Of a DNA stretch of 64,000 nucleotides, positions 37,064 through 45,663 are shown piece by piece. This DNA is from Acidobacteriota bacterium (GTDB lineage: Bacteria > Acidobacteriota > Terriglobia > Terriglobales > SCQP01): NCBI GenBank assembly GCA_004299485.1, contig SCQP01000008.1:132341-196340 (forward strand), read 5' to 3'. The position numbers were made by a program, and so were the translations under genes. Every line of letters begins with the position of its first letter. Position 1 is the first letter of the stretch. The notes under the pieces are model-generated. The model worked only from the letters and a program-made list of their open reading frames with translations, was not told the origin of the DNA and made no database searches.

Positions 37064-38782
37064 GTGGCCAACGCGGCACAATCCGTAGCTGAGGCACGCG
37101 AGCTGATCGAGCGCGCGCACGCGGCCTGGCAGACCTACCGCGAATTTTCACAGGCCCAGGTGGACGCCATTGTGGGCGCCATGGCGGCAGCCGCAACTGC
37201 ACATGCGGAGCGGCTGGCGAAACTGGCGGTCGACGAGACCACCTACGGCAAGGTCGCCGACAAAATCCAGAAGAACCTGTTTGCCTCGGAGAAGGTCTAC
37301 AGCGCCATCCGGGACATGCGCACCGTGGGCCCGCTCAGCGAAGACCGAGAGCGCGGCATCATCGAGATGGGGGTTTCGATGGGGGTAGTGGCGGCGATAC
37401 TTCCCTGCACCAACCCTACGTCGACTGCCATTTACAAGATCCTGATTTCGCTCAAGGCGGGTAACGCGATTGTGCTGAGTCCGCATCCGGCGGCGATGCG
37501 CTGCATTTGCGAGACCGTGGGGCTGATGCATCAGGCGGCGGTGGCGCAGGGTGCGCCGGGCGATCTGATCGGCTGCTTTTCGACGCCGACGCGCGAAGGC
37601 ACGCAGGAGATGATGTCGCACCGGCGCACCAAGGTGATTCTGGCGACGGGCGGCATGGGCATCGTGAAGGCCGCCTATAGCTCGGGCAAGCCGGCGTTTG
37701 GGGTGGGACCAGGCAATGTGCCGGCGTACATCGACCGCTCGGCGGATGTGGCGCGGGCGGTGGGGCACGTAGTCGCGGGCAAGAGCTTTGACTGGGGCAC
37801 GATTTGCTCCTCCGAGCAGGCGCTGGTGGCGGAGACGGCGCTGCGCGAGCCGATTCTGGCGGAGCTGAAAAAGCAGAACGTCTATTTGATGTCGCCGGAA
37901 GAAGCGGACAAGATGGGCAAGACGCTGATCCATCCGGAGACGTTCACGGTCAACGCCAAATGTGTCGGCCAGGCGCCGCAAAAGCTGGCAGCGATGGCGG
38001 GGTTTGGCGAGAAGGTGGGGCCGGAAATTCGTGTGCTGGCCGCGGAACTGGCGGGCATGGGCAAGCAGTATCCGCTCTCGGCGGAAAAACTGTCGCCGGT
38101 GCTGGCGCTGTTTTTTCTCCCGGACCGGGTGCGCGCGATGGACCGCTGCCGCGACCTGCTGCACTTTGGCGGCCTGGGACATACGTGTGTGATTCACGCC
38201 CAGGATGAAGCCGTGATCCGCGATTACGGAGCGCGCATGCCGGCGTACCGCGTGGTGGTGAACAGCCCCTCGCCGCAGGGATCGATTGGCCTCACGACAA
38301 ACCTGTTTCCAGCCATGACGCTGGGCTGCGGAGCGATTGGCGGCAACATCACCAGCGACAATATTGGACCGCAGCACTTGATGAACATCAAGAGAATCGC
38401 GTGGGACAAAGGGGAGCGAGTCAGCGGGTCAGCGGATCAGCGGGTCAGCGGGGTGGGGGCGCCGGTGGGATCCACGTGTACCTGTCAGCACGCCGCGCCC
38501 AAGGATGAGCTGCGAGCGACGGTCGAGCGCATCCTGGCGGAACGCGGCATCCATCCTGCCCCCGAGGCAACCCCGCCGGCCCCTGACCCCAGGCCCCTGA
38601 CCCCTGCCTTCACGCCGCCGCCACTACCGCCGAAGCCCAAGCCGGTGGCGTTTGTGTGCGAAGCGGATGTGCGCGAGGCGGCGAACGCGGGCAGGAAAAT
38701 TGCGATTGGCCCAAAGACTATCGTGACGCCCGCAGCGCGGGATCTGGGGCGTGAGCGCGACATATTTTTGGTCACCACGTAG
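37064..38782 (+). CDS. acylating (CoA-dependent) aldehyde dehydrogenase, AdhE-N/EutE/PduP-like, with a ~125-aa C-terminal extension
   Basis: GTG start. [12 protein letters not shown], catalytic-Cys context [11 protein letters not shown], and [24 protein letters not shown] at the end of the ALDH fold (near residue 445). An extension follows, containing an amphipathic helix, a Pro-rich linker and a ~45-aa terminal module. Confidence 0.88.
   Translation: MANAAQSVAEARELIERAHAAWQTYREFSQAQVDAIVGAMAAAATAHAERLAKLAVDETTYGKVADKIQKNLFASEKVYSAIRDMRTVGPLSEDRERGIIEMGVSMGVVAAILPCTNPTSTAIYKILISLKAGNAIVLSPHPAAMRCICETVGLMHQAAVAQGAPGDLIGCFSTPTREGTQEMMSHRRTKVILATGGMGIVKAAYSSGKPAFGVGPGNVPAYIDRSADVARAVGHVVAGKSFDWGTICSSEQALVAETALREPILAELKKQNVYLMSPEEADKMGKTLIHPETFTVNAKCVGQAPQKLAAMAGFGEKVGPEIRVLAAELAGMGKQYPLSAEKLSPVLALFFLPDRVRAMDRCRDLLHFGGLGHTCVIHAQDEAVIRDYGARMPAYRVVVNSPSPQGSIGLTTNLFPAMTLGCGAIGGNITSDNIGPQHLMNIKRIAWDKGERVSGSADQRVSGVGAPVGSTCTCQHAAPKDELRATVERILAERGIHPAPEATPPAPDPRPLTPAFTPPPLPPKPKPVAFVCEADVREAANAGRKIAIGPKTIVTPAARDLGRERDIFLVTT
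38421..38452. repeat. octanucleotide tandem repeat (TCAGCGGR x4) inside the ALDH coding sequence
   Basis: TCAGCGGG TCAGCGGA TCAGCGGG TCAGCGGG, read directly. It encodes ..[11 protein letters not shown].. at the junction between the ALDH fold and the extension. Confidence 0.9.
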
Positions 38783-38807
38783 GCTGGGCACGAGCATCTA
38801 AAGACGC

Positions 38808-39935
38808 ATGCTCGACACGCGCGAGGTGCTTGCTCTGCCGCAAATTGGGGAGCCGGTTCTCACCGCCTATCTCGACACCGATCCTGCCAATCCCCGTAAC
38901 CAGGGCCGCAAGGGGCCGGCAACATGGCTGCGCTCGGAAGCCCGGCGGCTAGTGGCGGCGTGGGGACCGTCGGAGCGAGAAGCCTGCCTGGCGCAGGCGG
39001 AACGAGTCGCCGAGTATCTGATGGACCGGCGCGGCGGAGGATCGAAGGGGCTGGTGGTATTTGCGGGTCCCAGGACTTGGCGCTTGCTGCCGCTGCAGGT
39101 GCGCGTGGAGGAGGAAATCTACTGGGGCGAGCCGGCGTTGGGGCAACTGCTATGGCTGCTGGACGAACATCAGCCCTGTGGGATCGTGGTGGTCAGCCGG
39201 GGCGGAGCGCGGTTTTTCCGGTACCGGATGGGTGAGATCGAGGAGGATGCCGCACGGCCCCTGCAGCTTGACACGTCGCAGTGGCGTAAGATTACGCGGG
39301 TGATGGGGCCCGGCGACGAGAAGGACATTTTTGAGCGCCGGCTCGCGGCCAACCACCAGCGCTTCTACGAGAGCGTGGCTACGGAAACGCAGCGATGGAG
39401 CGAGCGCGAGCGGTTGGAGCCGGTGCTGCTGCTGGGAGACACGAAAGCCGTTGCGCAGGTGCAGGCAGCGCTGCCGGAAGCATTTGCGGCGCGGGTGCTC
39501 AGCTCGGAGCGGAATATCACCTGCGAACGCGCCAGCGAAATCGTGGCGGTCGCGGAGCCGCTGATCCAGCAGTGGAAGCGCGAGCGGGAGCGCGCGGATG
39601 TGCAGCGCCTGCTGGAACAGCGGACGCGACCGGATGTGGTCACCGGTTTCGAGGCGACGCTGAACGCGCTGCAGGAGGGTCGCGTGCGCGAACTCATCGC
39701 CATGCGCGACCTGCGCGGGCGTGTGCGCGCCTGCCCTTCGTGCGGCTGGGTGGAGCGGGGCGGGCCGGCGGAGTGTCCCCAGTGCGGCCATGAACGGCCA
39801 GTGCAGTCGCCGCGCGCGGTGCTGCCGCAATTGGCGCAGGCGCGGGGCGTGCCGGTGGAGATTGTGGCCGGCCCAGCGGCCGAGGAGCTGGAGCGTGGCG
39901 CGGGAGGCCTGGCCGCTTGGCTCAGGGCGGCGTAA
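38808..39935 (+). CDS. bacterial eRF1-like (baeRF1 / Vms1-VLRF1-like / host-attachment family) protein with C-terminal zinc ribbon
   Basis: The layout matches baeRF1 families as I remember them. N-terminal ..PVLTAYLDTDP.., then GLVVFAG, PxLxxLLWLLDEHQPCGIVVVSRGGARFF, then a helical RFYESVA region and LLLGDTKAVAQVQAALP. CPSCGW..CPQCG lies at residues ~309-330. Confidence 0.7.
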   Translation: MLDTREVLALPQIGEPVLTAYLDTDPANPRNQGRKGPATWLRSEARRLVAAWGPSEREACLAQAERVAEYLMDRRGGGSKGLVVFAGPRTWRLLPLQVRVEEEIYWGEPALGQLLWLLDEHQPCGIVVVSRGGARFFRYRMGEIEEDAARPLQLDTSQWRKITRVMGPGDEKDIFERRLAANHQRFYESVATETQRWSERERLEPVLLLGDTKAVAQVQAALPEAFAARVLSSERNITCERASEIVAVAEPLIQQWKRERERADVQRLLEQRTRPDVVTGFEATLNALQEGRVRELIAMRDLRGRVRACPSCGWVERGGPAECPQCGHERPVQSPRAVLPQLAQARGVPVEIVAGPAAEELERGAGGLAAWLRAA

Positions 39936-39960
39936 GCCCGTCTGGTATGCTGGGGCCAGA

Positions 39961-40197
39961 ATGGTGATTCACGTTCGTGCGTTTTGGGATTGCGAAGCTA
40001 AGGTTTGGGTCGCGGAATCGTCCGACGGGCCCGGGCTGGTCACCGAGGCTACTGGACCCGATGCGCTTCAGGCGAAGCTGCGGGTTCTGATACCCGAGTT
40101 ACTTGAAGCTAATGGTCTATCTGCGCCGGCTGAGCCCGATTTCACCGTGGAGTTGGTCGCGGCCTACGCTGAGCCTGTGGCGCCCGCTCGAGTGTAG
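39961..40197 (+). CDS. DUF1902 (HicB-like N-terminal fold) protein
   Basis: The internal ATG of track ORF 39721..40197 gives MVIHVRAFWDCEAKVWVAESSDGPGLVTEATGPDALQAKLRVLIPELLEANG, the DUF1902 pattern as I recall it. Confidence 0.65.
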   Translation: MVIHVRAFWDCEAKVWVAESSDGPGLVTEATGPDALQAKLRVLIPELLEANGLSAPAEPDFTVELVAAYAEPVAPARV

Positions 40198-40233
40198 ATA
40201 ACATTCACACCGCGAACGGCGTGCTGAAGCAGG

Positions 40234-41139
40234 CTACGCGGCGCGGCGGACGACGGGGAACATCGCGCGGAGGTCCTCGGGGAGCTGGTCGCGCACCTCC
40301 TCCATCTGGCCGTGCGAGACGAAATCGTGAAGCACGGAAAACAGGGAGATCAGGAAATCGTTGGCGGTGACCGAGTCGAGGCTGAGGGAACGGGAGATTT
40401 CCACCTGCATGGCAGCCGCTGTAACGGCGCGGTCGGGTCCGTCGGCGCAGGAGATCAGGCGCTCGTGCAGCTTGGAGGGGAGCTGAGCGATAGTGTGCTG
40501 CGCCTGCTCGGGCGTGAGGCGATGGCACAACATGCAAATGCCCAGCGCCATGCCGCGTTCGGCACGGTCATGGTCAAGACCTGTGGCCTGCATCACGGCC
40601 GTGATGAAGCGGTCGTTCACGTGCTGGGCGCGGGCTTCGGCGCGCATGCGGGAACGCATCCGGGTGCCGGCATCGGTGGCGCGGGCGGGATGCGGCACGC
40701 CCATGGGCTTGCCGGGCGCTTCGGATTCGACAAGCTGCTCGTGCACGACGGCGCGCAGATCGTCGAGGCGCACCTCGCCGGACAGGACCAGATCGTCGAA
40801 GGTAACTAAGCCGACCGGGCGGTCGGCTTCGAGCAGCGGCAGGTGGCGGACTCCGTAATCGCGCATCAGGCGCGCCACATCGGCGAGATTGGCGCTGATA
40901 GGACAGGTGAGTACACCTTCGGTCATGACTTCATCGAGGGATGTGATGACCGGATCGAGGCCTTCACCGACCACCGAAAGGGCGATGTCGCGGTCGGTGA
41001 GGATACCGGCGAGCCGGCCCTCGCGCGAGACGAGGACGGCTCCGACGTGGTTGTCGGCCATTGCACGCGCGGCCTGATAGACGGTCGAGCGCGCGGAAAG
41101 GATCACGAGTTTTTCGCGGCGGAAGGGTTCGAGGGACAT
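40234..41139 (-). CDS. CBS-pair domain protein fused to DUF2267
   Basis: The N-terminal half has two CBS repeats (VGAVLVSREGRLAGILTDRDI; VRHLPLLEADRPVGLVTFDDL). The C-terminal half has the helical DUF2267-like pattern (RFITAVMQATGLD...LPSKLHERL...EVRDQLPEDL). Confidence 0.75.
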   Translation of the reverse strand: MSLEPFRREKLVILSARSTVYQAARAMADNHVGAVLVSREGRLAGILTDRDIALSVVGEGLDPVITSLDEVMTEGVLTCPISANLADVARLMRDYGVRHLPLLEADRPVGLVTFDDLVLSGEVRLDDLRAVVHEQLVESEAPGKPMGVPHPARATDAGTRMRSRMRAEARAQHVNDRFITAVMQATGLDHDRAERGMALGICMLCHRLTPEQAQHTIAQLPSKLHERLISCADGPDRAVTAAAMQVEISRSLSLDSVTANDFLISLFSVLHDFVSHGQMEEVRDQLPEDLRAMFPVVRRAA

Positions 41140-41158
41140 GTTGAACGCTCCTCAATAT

Positions 41159-41443
41159 TCAGGCGGCCTTGGGTTGCGGAATCGGGTTGAGGTAGTCCTG
41201 ATCGACATAGCACCAGGCCCAATCAGTGCCGGCCCGGTAGGCACGCATGATGGGATGCTTCGTGGCATGGAAATGGGCGGTGGCATGTTTGTTTTTGGAG
41301 CTGTCGCAACAGCCGATGTGGCCGCAGGTGATGCACTTGCGCAGTTGCACCCAGGTGTCGCCGGACTGGAGGCATTCTTCGCAGCCGTTCGGGGTCCGGG
41401 GGGTAACGTGACGGACTTGATCGACGTGTGTGCAGGAGATCAT
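41159..41443 (-). CDS. UBP-type zinc-finger protein
   Basis: CEECL..WVQLRKCITCGHIGCCDSSKNKHATAHFHATKHP. This is the classic zf-UBP Cys/His spacing. Confidence 0.85.
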   Translation of the reverse strand: MISCTHVDQVRHVTPRTPNGCEECLQSGDTWVQLRKCITCGHIGCCDSSKNKHATAHFHATKHPIMRAYRAGTDWAWCYVDQDYLNPIPQPKAA

Positions 41444-41537
41444 AGGCGCAGTCTAGCCGGGATTGCGAGCGGGTGCGAGAAGGCGCGAGGGGACGCGGGG
41501 GAGCACATGGTAAACTGGCACTGCCTTCCTGTTCTGC

Positions 41538-41615
41538 GTCCCCGTCGTCTAGCCCGGCCCAGGACACCGCCCTTTCACGGCGATAACACGGGTTCGAATC
41601 CCGTCGGGGACGCCA
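41538..41615 (+). tRNA. tRNA-Glu (anticodon UUC), CCA encoded
   Basis: Folded by hand. Acceptor GTCCCCG/CGGGGAC, D-arm GTCT/GGAC, anticodon loop CTTTCAC, T-arm ACGGG-TTCGAAT-CCCGT, then GCCA. 78 nt. Confidence 0.92.
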
Positions 41616-41686
41616 GTTCTCAAATTTGGCCGTTTTTGCCTCGGGCTCTACGCCAACAACGGGGGAGTGCCGGTCCCCGGAACGGT

Positions 41687-42010
41687 TCAACCACATAGTA
41701 CCTTGACGCGCATGCGGTAGTTTTCGAAGTTGCGGAAGCCGTAAGCTTGGCGGCTGATCAGTTCCATTTTGTTGTGAAAGCCCTCGGTGATGCCCTTGCT
41801 GCGGCTGAAGCGCCACATGGTGGCGATTTTTTCTGACCAGGAGTAGTGAAGCGTTTCACGCAGTTGCACCAGTTGCGGCAGGCGCGCCTGCCGCAAACCG
41901 CGCGCAAAAAGCGGGCCGCGAGCTGGGCGCGCTGTCAGCGGGTGCGGTTTTTCTTGACCAGCAGATAGCGCAGCCGCTGCTTGAAGCCGTGCGCAACCGG
42001 CTTTGCGCCA
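41687..42010 (-). pseudogene. ISL3-family transposase C-terminal remnant
   Basis: Track ORF 41687..41896 ends ..ITEGFHNKMELISRQAYGFRNFENYRMRVKVLCG, the typical ISL3 C-terminus. Upstream, in another frame, I read ..GFKQRLRYLLVKKNRTR* (frameshifted). There is no N-terminal catalytic part and no inverted repeats were seen. Confidence 0.7.
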
Positions 42011-42226
42011 CCGAGATTCTAACCTTCGATAAAGCCTTCGCCCGCCAACCGCGTGTCCGCCGGTTGGGCTAACGCCCGGGTGCGAGGTATTGACGAACCA
42101 CTACCGGGAGAGCCCGTTGCGCTTCTCGATCAGCAGTCCACCCTGCGGCGGAGTCGAGGCGCCAGGCGGCCTACTAATGTTCAATCGGCGGCCAGGGCAG
42201 GATCACCAGCTCCGGTGGATGCATCC

Positions 42227-42490
42227 ATGCAATCCATGGCACAAAATGCACGGGAAGATCAGTTCACTCAACAAATCGAGCGCCAAACTGCGCGCATACC
42301 CTCAATAGGTTATCTGGGGATGGCGATTGCCTCCATGGGGATCTCGGCCGGCCTCAAGCTGGCCCGGCGGGACTCAGCGGCTCTCTTCGTAGGGCAGTGG
42401 GCCGCCCCTATTCTGCTGATGGGCGTCTACAACAAACTCGTGAAGCAGCTCGGTTCCCACGGAGAGAACATATCAGCGCGGGCGGCCTGA
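42227..42490 (+). CDS. small membrane protein, conserved hypothetical
   Basis: The internal ATG gives MQSMAQNAREDQ..IPSIGYLGMAIASMGISAGLKL..ALFVGQWAAPILLMGVYNKLVKQLG, with two hydrophobic helices. The upstream part of the track ORF looks non-coding. Confidence 0.5.
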   Translation: MQSMAQNAREDQFTQQIERQTARIPSIGYLGMAIASMGISAGLKLARRDSAALFVGQWAAPILLMGVYNKLVKQLGSHGENISARAA

Positions 42491-42537
42491 AGGCGAAGCC
42501 GGAATGGTGCAGCGGGCGCACACGGCGCCCTTCCGCG

Positions 42538-44562
42538 CTAGCGAGAGGCAAGGTAGCGGGCGAACCACTGCAGGGAGCGGCGGAGGATGTCTTTCTGGTC
42601 GGCGGGGTTGGAGATGCCGTGGCCCTGGTTGGCGTAGACGACGAGTGTCGTGGGCACGCCCATGGCGCGGAGCGCGTGCCAGTATTCAAATGACTGCGGC
42701 GCGGGGCATTCTTCGTCGCGCTCGCCGACGACGACCAGCGCCGGGGTGTGATCGTGGGTGATGAAGTTGATCGCTGAGCTTTTGGCGTAGGCGGTGGGGG
42801 CGACGTAGACAGAGGCGCCGAAGAAGGGGATCATCCACTTGTCGATCTGGTTCTCGCCGTAGTAGCTTTTCCAATCCGAAAGGCCGGCGCCGGCGACCAC
42901 GGCCTTGAAACGGTTGGTCTGGGTCGGGGCAAACATGCTCATGAAGCCGCCGTAGCTCCAGCCGGTCATGCCGAGGCGGTGGTTATCGACGGGCGCAATG
43001 GTTTCGACTTTGTCGATGCCTTTGAGGATGTCGTCGAGGTCGCCGTAGCCCATTTTGCCGGAGCCGCGATCCATCTGCGTGAAAGCTTCGCCTTCGCCGG
43101 TGCTGCCGCGCGGATTCGGGAGCAGGACGAAATAACCGAAATTGGAATAGACCGTCGCATTGCCGCCCCAAGAGGGGAGGTTGGCAAACGTCGGACCGCC
43201 ATGGACCGACACGATCATGGGGTAGGTCTTGTGGGGATCAAAATTCACCGGGTAGAGCAGCCAGCCTTGGACCAGAAGCGAACCATCGTGCCATTCGACC
43301 GAACGAGCCTGACCCCAGGAGGGCTTGAGAGCAGCGTTGACGGCGGTGACGGCAGGCGGGGCTTGATCGCCGAGCGGGCCGGCGTAAACCTCCGGGGCAT
43401 GCTCGAAGGAGCTGGCGGCAAAGGCGATGCGGCGGGGCGCCGTGGCCGAGATCGACACCTGACGGAAAGCGCCGGGCGCGGTGAACAGGACGTGCGTCTG
43501 GTGGGCGGCGTTGCCGGACAGGGTGTAATGGGCGAGCTGCACGTAGCCGAGTGACTCTTGCGTGATCACCAGATTGTGGGCGTCGAGGAAGGTGAACTGA
43601 TGGAGGGTGACGGGGATGCCGGGCGTGAGGTCGACGGGTGCTCCTCCGGCGGAGGCGACGCGATAGAGGTTGCCGGCATCGGCGCCGCGATCGCTCATGA
43701 GGCCGCCGACGAAGTAGATATTTTTACCGTCAAGCGAGAAGGTGGGCTGCTGCATTTGCATGTCATGCAGTTCGCCGGTAATGGTGGCAGGATCGACCAG
43801 CGCTTGCGGCGCGGCGCCGGGACGGGCGGATTGGGTATAGAGTTTGGCGATCCACCAGTTGTTGTCGCCCGGCGGCGGAGCAGCGGTGTAGGTGATGCGG
43901 TTACCGTGGGGCGAAAAGGCGAACTCATAGACGTAGAGGCTAGCGGGGGTGAGCTCGCGCAGTGATCCGTGGGCGATGGCCACGGTGGCGACGCGCTCCG
44001 GGCGGACGTCGTTGCCGCCGATGACGCCGACGCGGGGGTTGCTGGATGCAGTTGCGCGCGCCAGGCGCGTGGCGCCGCGCACGTAGAGGAACGCGACGTG
44101 GGCGCCGTCGGGAGCCCATTCGAGGTCGGTAGTGTAGCCGTCGAGGCTGGCAACTTTGTGCGGTGCGGTGGAGGAGTTAGCGCTGACGAGCCAGAGGGCG
44201 CCGGCGATCGGCTTGGTGTTGGATGCGGCGACGCGACAGCGGGTGAGGACGGCCAGGGAGCGGGAATCGGGCGCCCAGCTCAGGGCTGCGGTAGCGCAGC
44301 CGCCGGGGATGGCGACGCTGTGGGCCTCGCGGCCGTTCTCATCGCCGATCACAAGCGATCGGCCGCGGCTTGCGACGACCCAGGCGAGATGCTGGCCGTC
44401 GGGAGACATCGCGACATCGGAGATCCGCCTTACGGCGGCGCGTTGCGCCAGGACTTGGTCGATGCGGGCGTTTTCGGATGCGGGAGACTGGGCGCCAGCA
44501 ATCGGAACAACGGCGAAGGCGAGCAGGAACGCAAACAAGCAATGGAAGCGGCTGGGGTTCAT
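42538..44562 (-). CDS. S9-family serine peptidase (prolyl oligopeptidase/acylaminoacyl-peptidase type), secreted
   Basis: The start is moved to MNPSRFHCLFAFLLAFAVVPIAGAQ (44562). N-terminal propeller repeats, nucleophile GWSYGGFM, C-terminal ..GERDEECP and ..QGHGI. Confidence 0.88.
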   Translation of the reverse strand: MNPSRFHCLFAFLLAFAVVPIAGAQSPASENARIDQVLAQRAAVRRISDVAMSPDGQHLAWVVASRGRSLVIGDENGREAHSVAIPGGCATAALSWAPDSRSLAVLTRCRVAASNTKPIAGALWLVSANSSTAPHKVASLDGYTTDLEWAPDGAHVAFLYVRGATRLARATASSNPRVGVIGGNDVRPERVATVAIAHGSLRELTPASLYVYEFAFSPHGNRITYTAAPPPGDNNWWIAKLYTQSARPGAAPQALVDPATITGELHDMQMQQPTFSLDGKNIYFVGGLMSDRGADAGNLYRVASAGGAPVDLTPGIPVTLHQFTFLDAHNLVITQESLGYVQLAHYTLSGNAAHQTHVLFTAPGAFRQVSISATAPRRIAFAASSFEHAPEVYAGPLGDQAPPAVTAVNAALKPSWGQARSVEWHDGSLLVQGWLLYPVNFDPHKTYPMIVSVHGGPTFANLPSWGGNATVYSNFGYFVLLPNPRGSTGEGEAFTQMDRGSGKMGYGDLDDILKGIDKVETIAPVDNHRLGMTGWSYGGFMSMFAPTQTNRFKAVVAGAGLSDWKSYYGENQIDKWMIPFFGASVYVAPTAYAKSSAINFITHDHTPALVVVGERDEECPAPQSFEYWHALRAMGVPTTLVVYANQGHGISNPADQKDILRRSLQWFARYLASR

Positions 44563-44630
44563 AGGGTATCCGGATAGGTCACCCTGTAGCGTAATGCCAA
44601 ACCCCAGTGAACACAATGCTGAAACCTGGC

Positions 44631-45188
44631 TTATTCCTGAGGGATCTGGTGGACAGCGGAAGCCAACATCACCTCTGACCAACCGACGACAATCAGATCG
44701 ATACCAATGAATAAACCGATGATCCACAGGCTTGAACTCGGCCAGCGTACCCACACCAGAACGCCCAGGATAAAGGTGATGATGCCGTCGGCGAGAGCCC
44801 AGCCCCAGCGCGGCGGCCTTAGTGCCAACACACTCATAATGCGGAAAACCCCGGCGACCGTGAAGTAGACGGCGAGCAGCAGGGTGATCACCATCGCTGC
44901 CGCCACGGGGTGCCGGAGCAACAACAGGCCAACAACAATGCCAAGGACGGCGTTCATCCCATGGAGGAAGATGTGGCTCCCGTTGCGATGCCGGAACGCT
45001 TGCACCGCCTCAACAATGCCCGCGATCAACAGCACCCAGCCAAAAAACAGCATGGAAATGACGGTGGCAGTCACCGAATCGATGAGCGCGACCACGCCCA
45101 GGATAATCAAGAGTATGCCGAGTACAAACAGCCATATCCAATTGCGACGTAGTTCGCGGAATCCGGCAGGGAACAGAGCTGGTGTCAT
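44631..45188 (-). CDS. HdeD-family (DUF308) membrane protein
   Basis: 185 aa with six hydrophobic helices and the repeated GIxxIxxG pattern. AAGGAG lies upstream of the ATG. Confidence 0.75.
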   Translation of the reverse strand: MTPALFPAGFRELRRNWIWLFVLGILLIILGVVALIDSVTATVISMLFFGWVLLIAGIVEAVQAFRHRNGSHIFLHGMNAVLGIVVGLLLLRHPVAAAMVITLLLAVYFTVAGVFRIMSVLALRPPRWGWALADGIITFILGVLVWVRWPSSSLWIIGLFIGIDLIVVGWSEVMLASAVHQIPQE

Positions 45189-45273
45189 ATTGGCTCCTTG
45201 CCCTCATCCTAATGCGGATGAGCGAATCCAGTTCTGGAGATCGAGAGCCGCAGCCGAGTCCCATTTTGACCGG

Positions 45274-45663
45274 TCAGGCGACGGCGCCGATACGCTTGGC
45301 GCGGCGAATGCGAGCGTGCTCGCGCGGGCTATGCATCGCCTCCCAGAGGTCCAGGCGACGCTGGGCGTTGAGCCAAAAGTCCGGGCTGGTGCCGAATACG
45401 CGGGCGAGGATCAGGGCGGTGGGCGCGGTGACGGCCCGGCGGTCGTTGCAAAGCTGGTTCACGTGCTTGCGAGGCACGCCCATCGCTTCGGCCAGCGCGG
45501 CCTGGGTTGGCGATGTTCGATCACTCGCCAGCCCAACTGCCTGCTCATTTCCGGCAGGAGCCAAGACATTCTTGGCGCGATCAGCGATCTCTGTGCGGTT
45601 GGCATCCTTTCGCAGCACCCGCCATTTGTGCAGTAATGTACGAACCCGTCCGTCCCGCGGCAC
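45274..45663 (-). CDS. higA: HigA-family XRE helix-turn-helix antitoxin (N-terminal boundary uncertain)
   Basis: ..SPTQAALAEAMGVPRKHVNQLCNDRRAVTAPTALILARVFGTSPDFWLNAQRRLDLWEA matches the HigA/VapI HTH core. The first ~40 codons do not look like HigA. Confidence 0.65.
   Translation of the reverse strand: MPRDGRVRTLLHKWRVLRKDANRTEIADRAKNVLAPAGNEQAVGLASDRTSPTQAALAEAMGVPRKHVNQLCNDRRAVTAPTALILARVFGTSPDFWLNAQRRLDLWEAMHSPREHARIRRAKRIGAVA

Noticed and set aside
42053-42226. N-terminal 58 codons of ORF 42053..42490, and possible further transposase fragments between 42010 and 42226
   Set aside because: The sequence is Arg/Pro/Ser-rich and non-protein-like. I found no convincing transposase similarity in any frame beyond ~42010.
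42243-42258. Sigma-54 promoter-like TGGCAC hits: TGGCACAAAATGCA at 42243, TGGCACTGCC upstream of tRNA-Glu at ~41515, and TGGCACGTTCGG at ~15608
   Set aside because: The GG-to-GC spacing is wrong or the -12 TTGC element is absent. Two of the three lie inside coding sequence.
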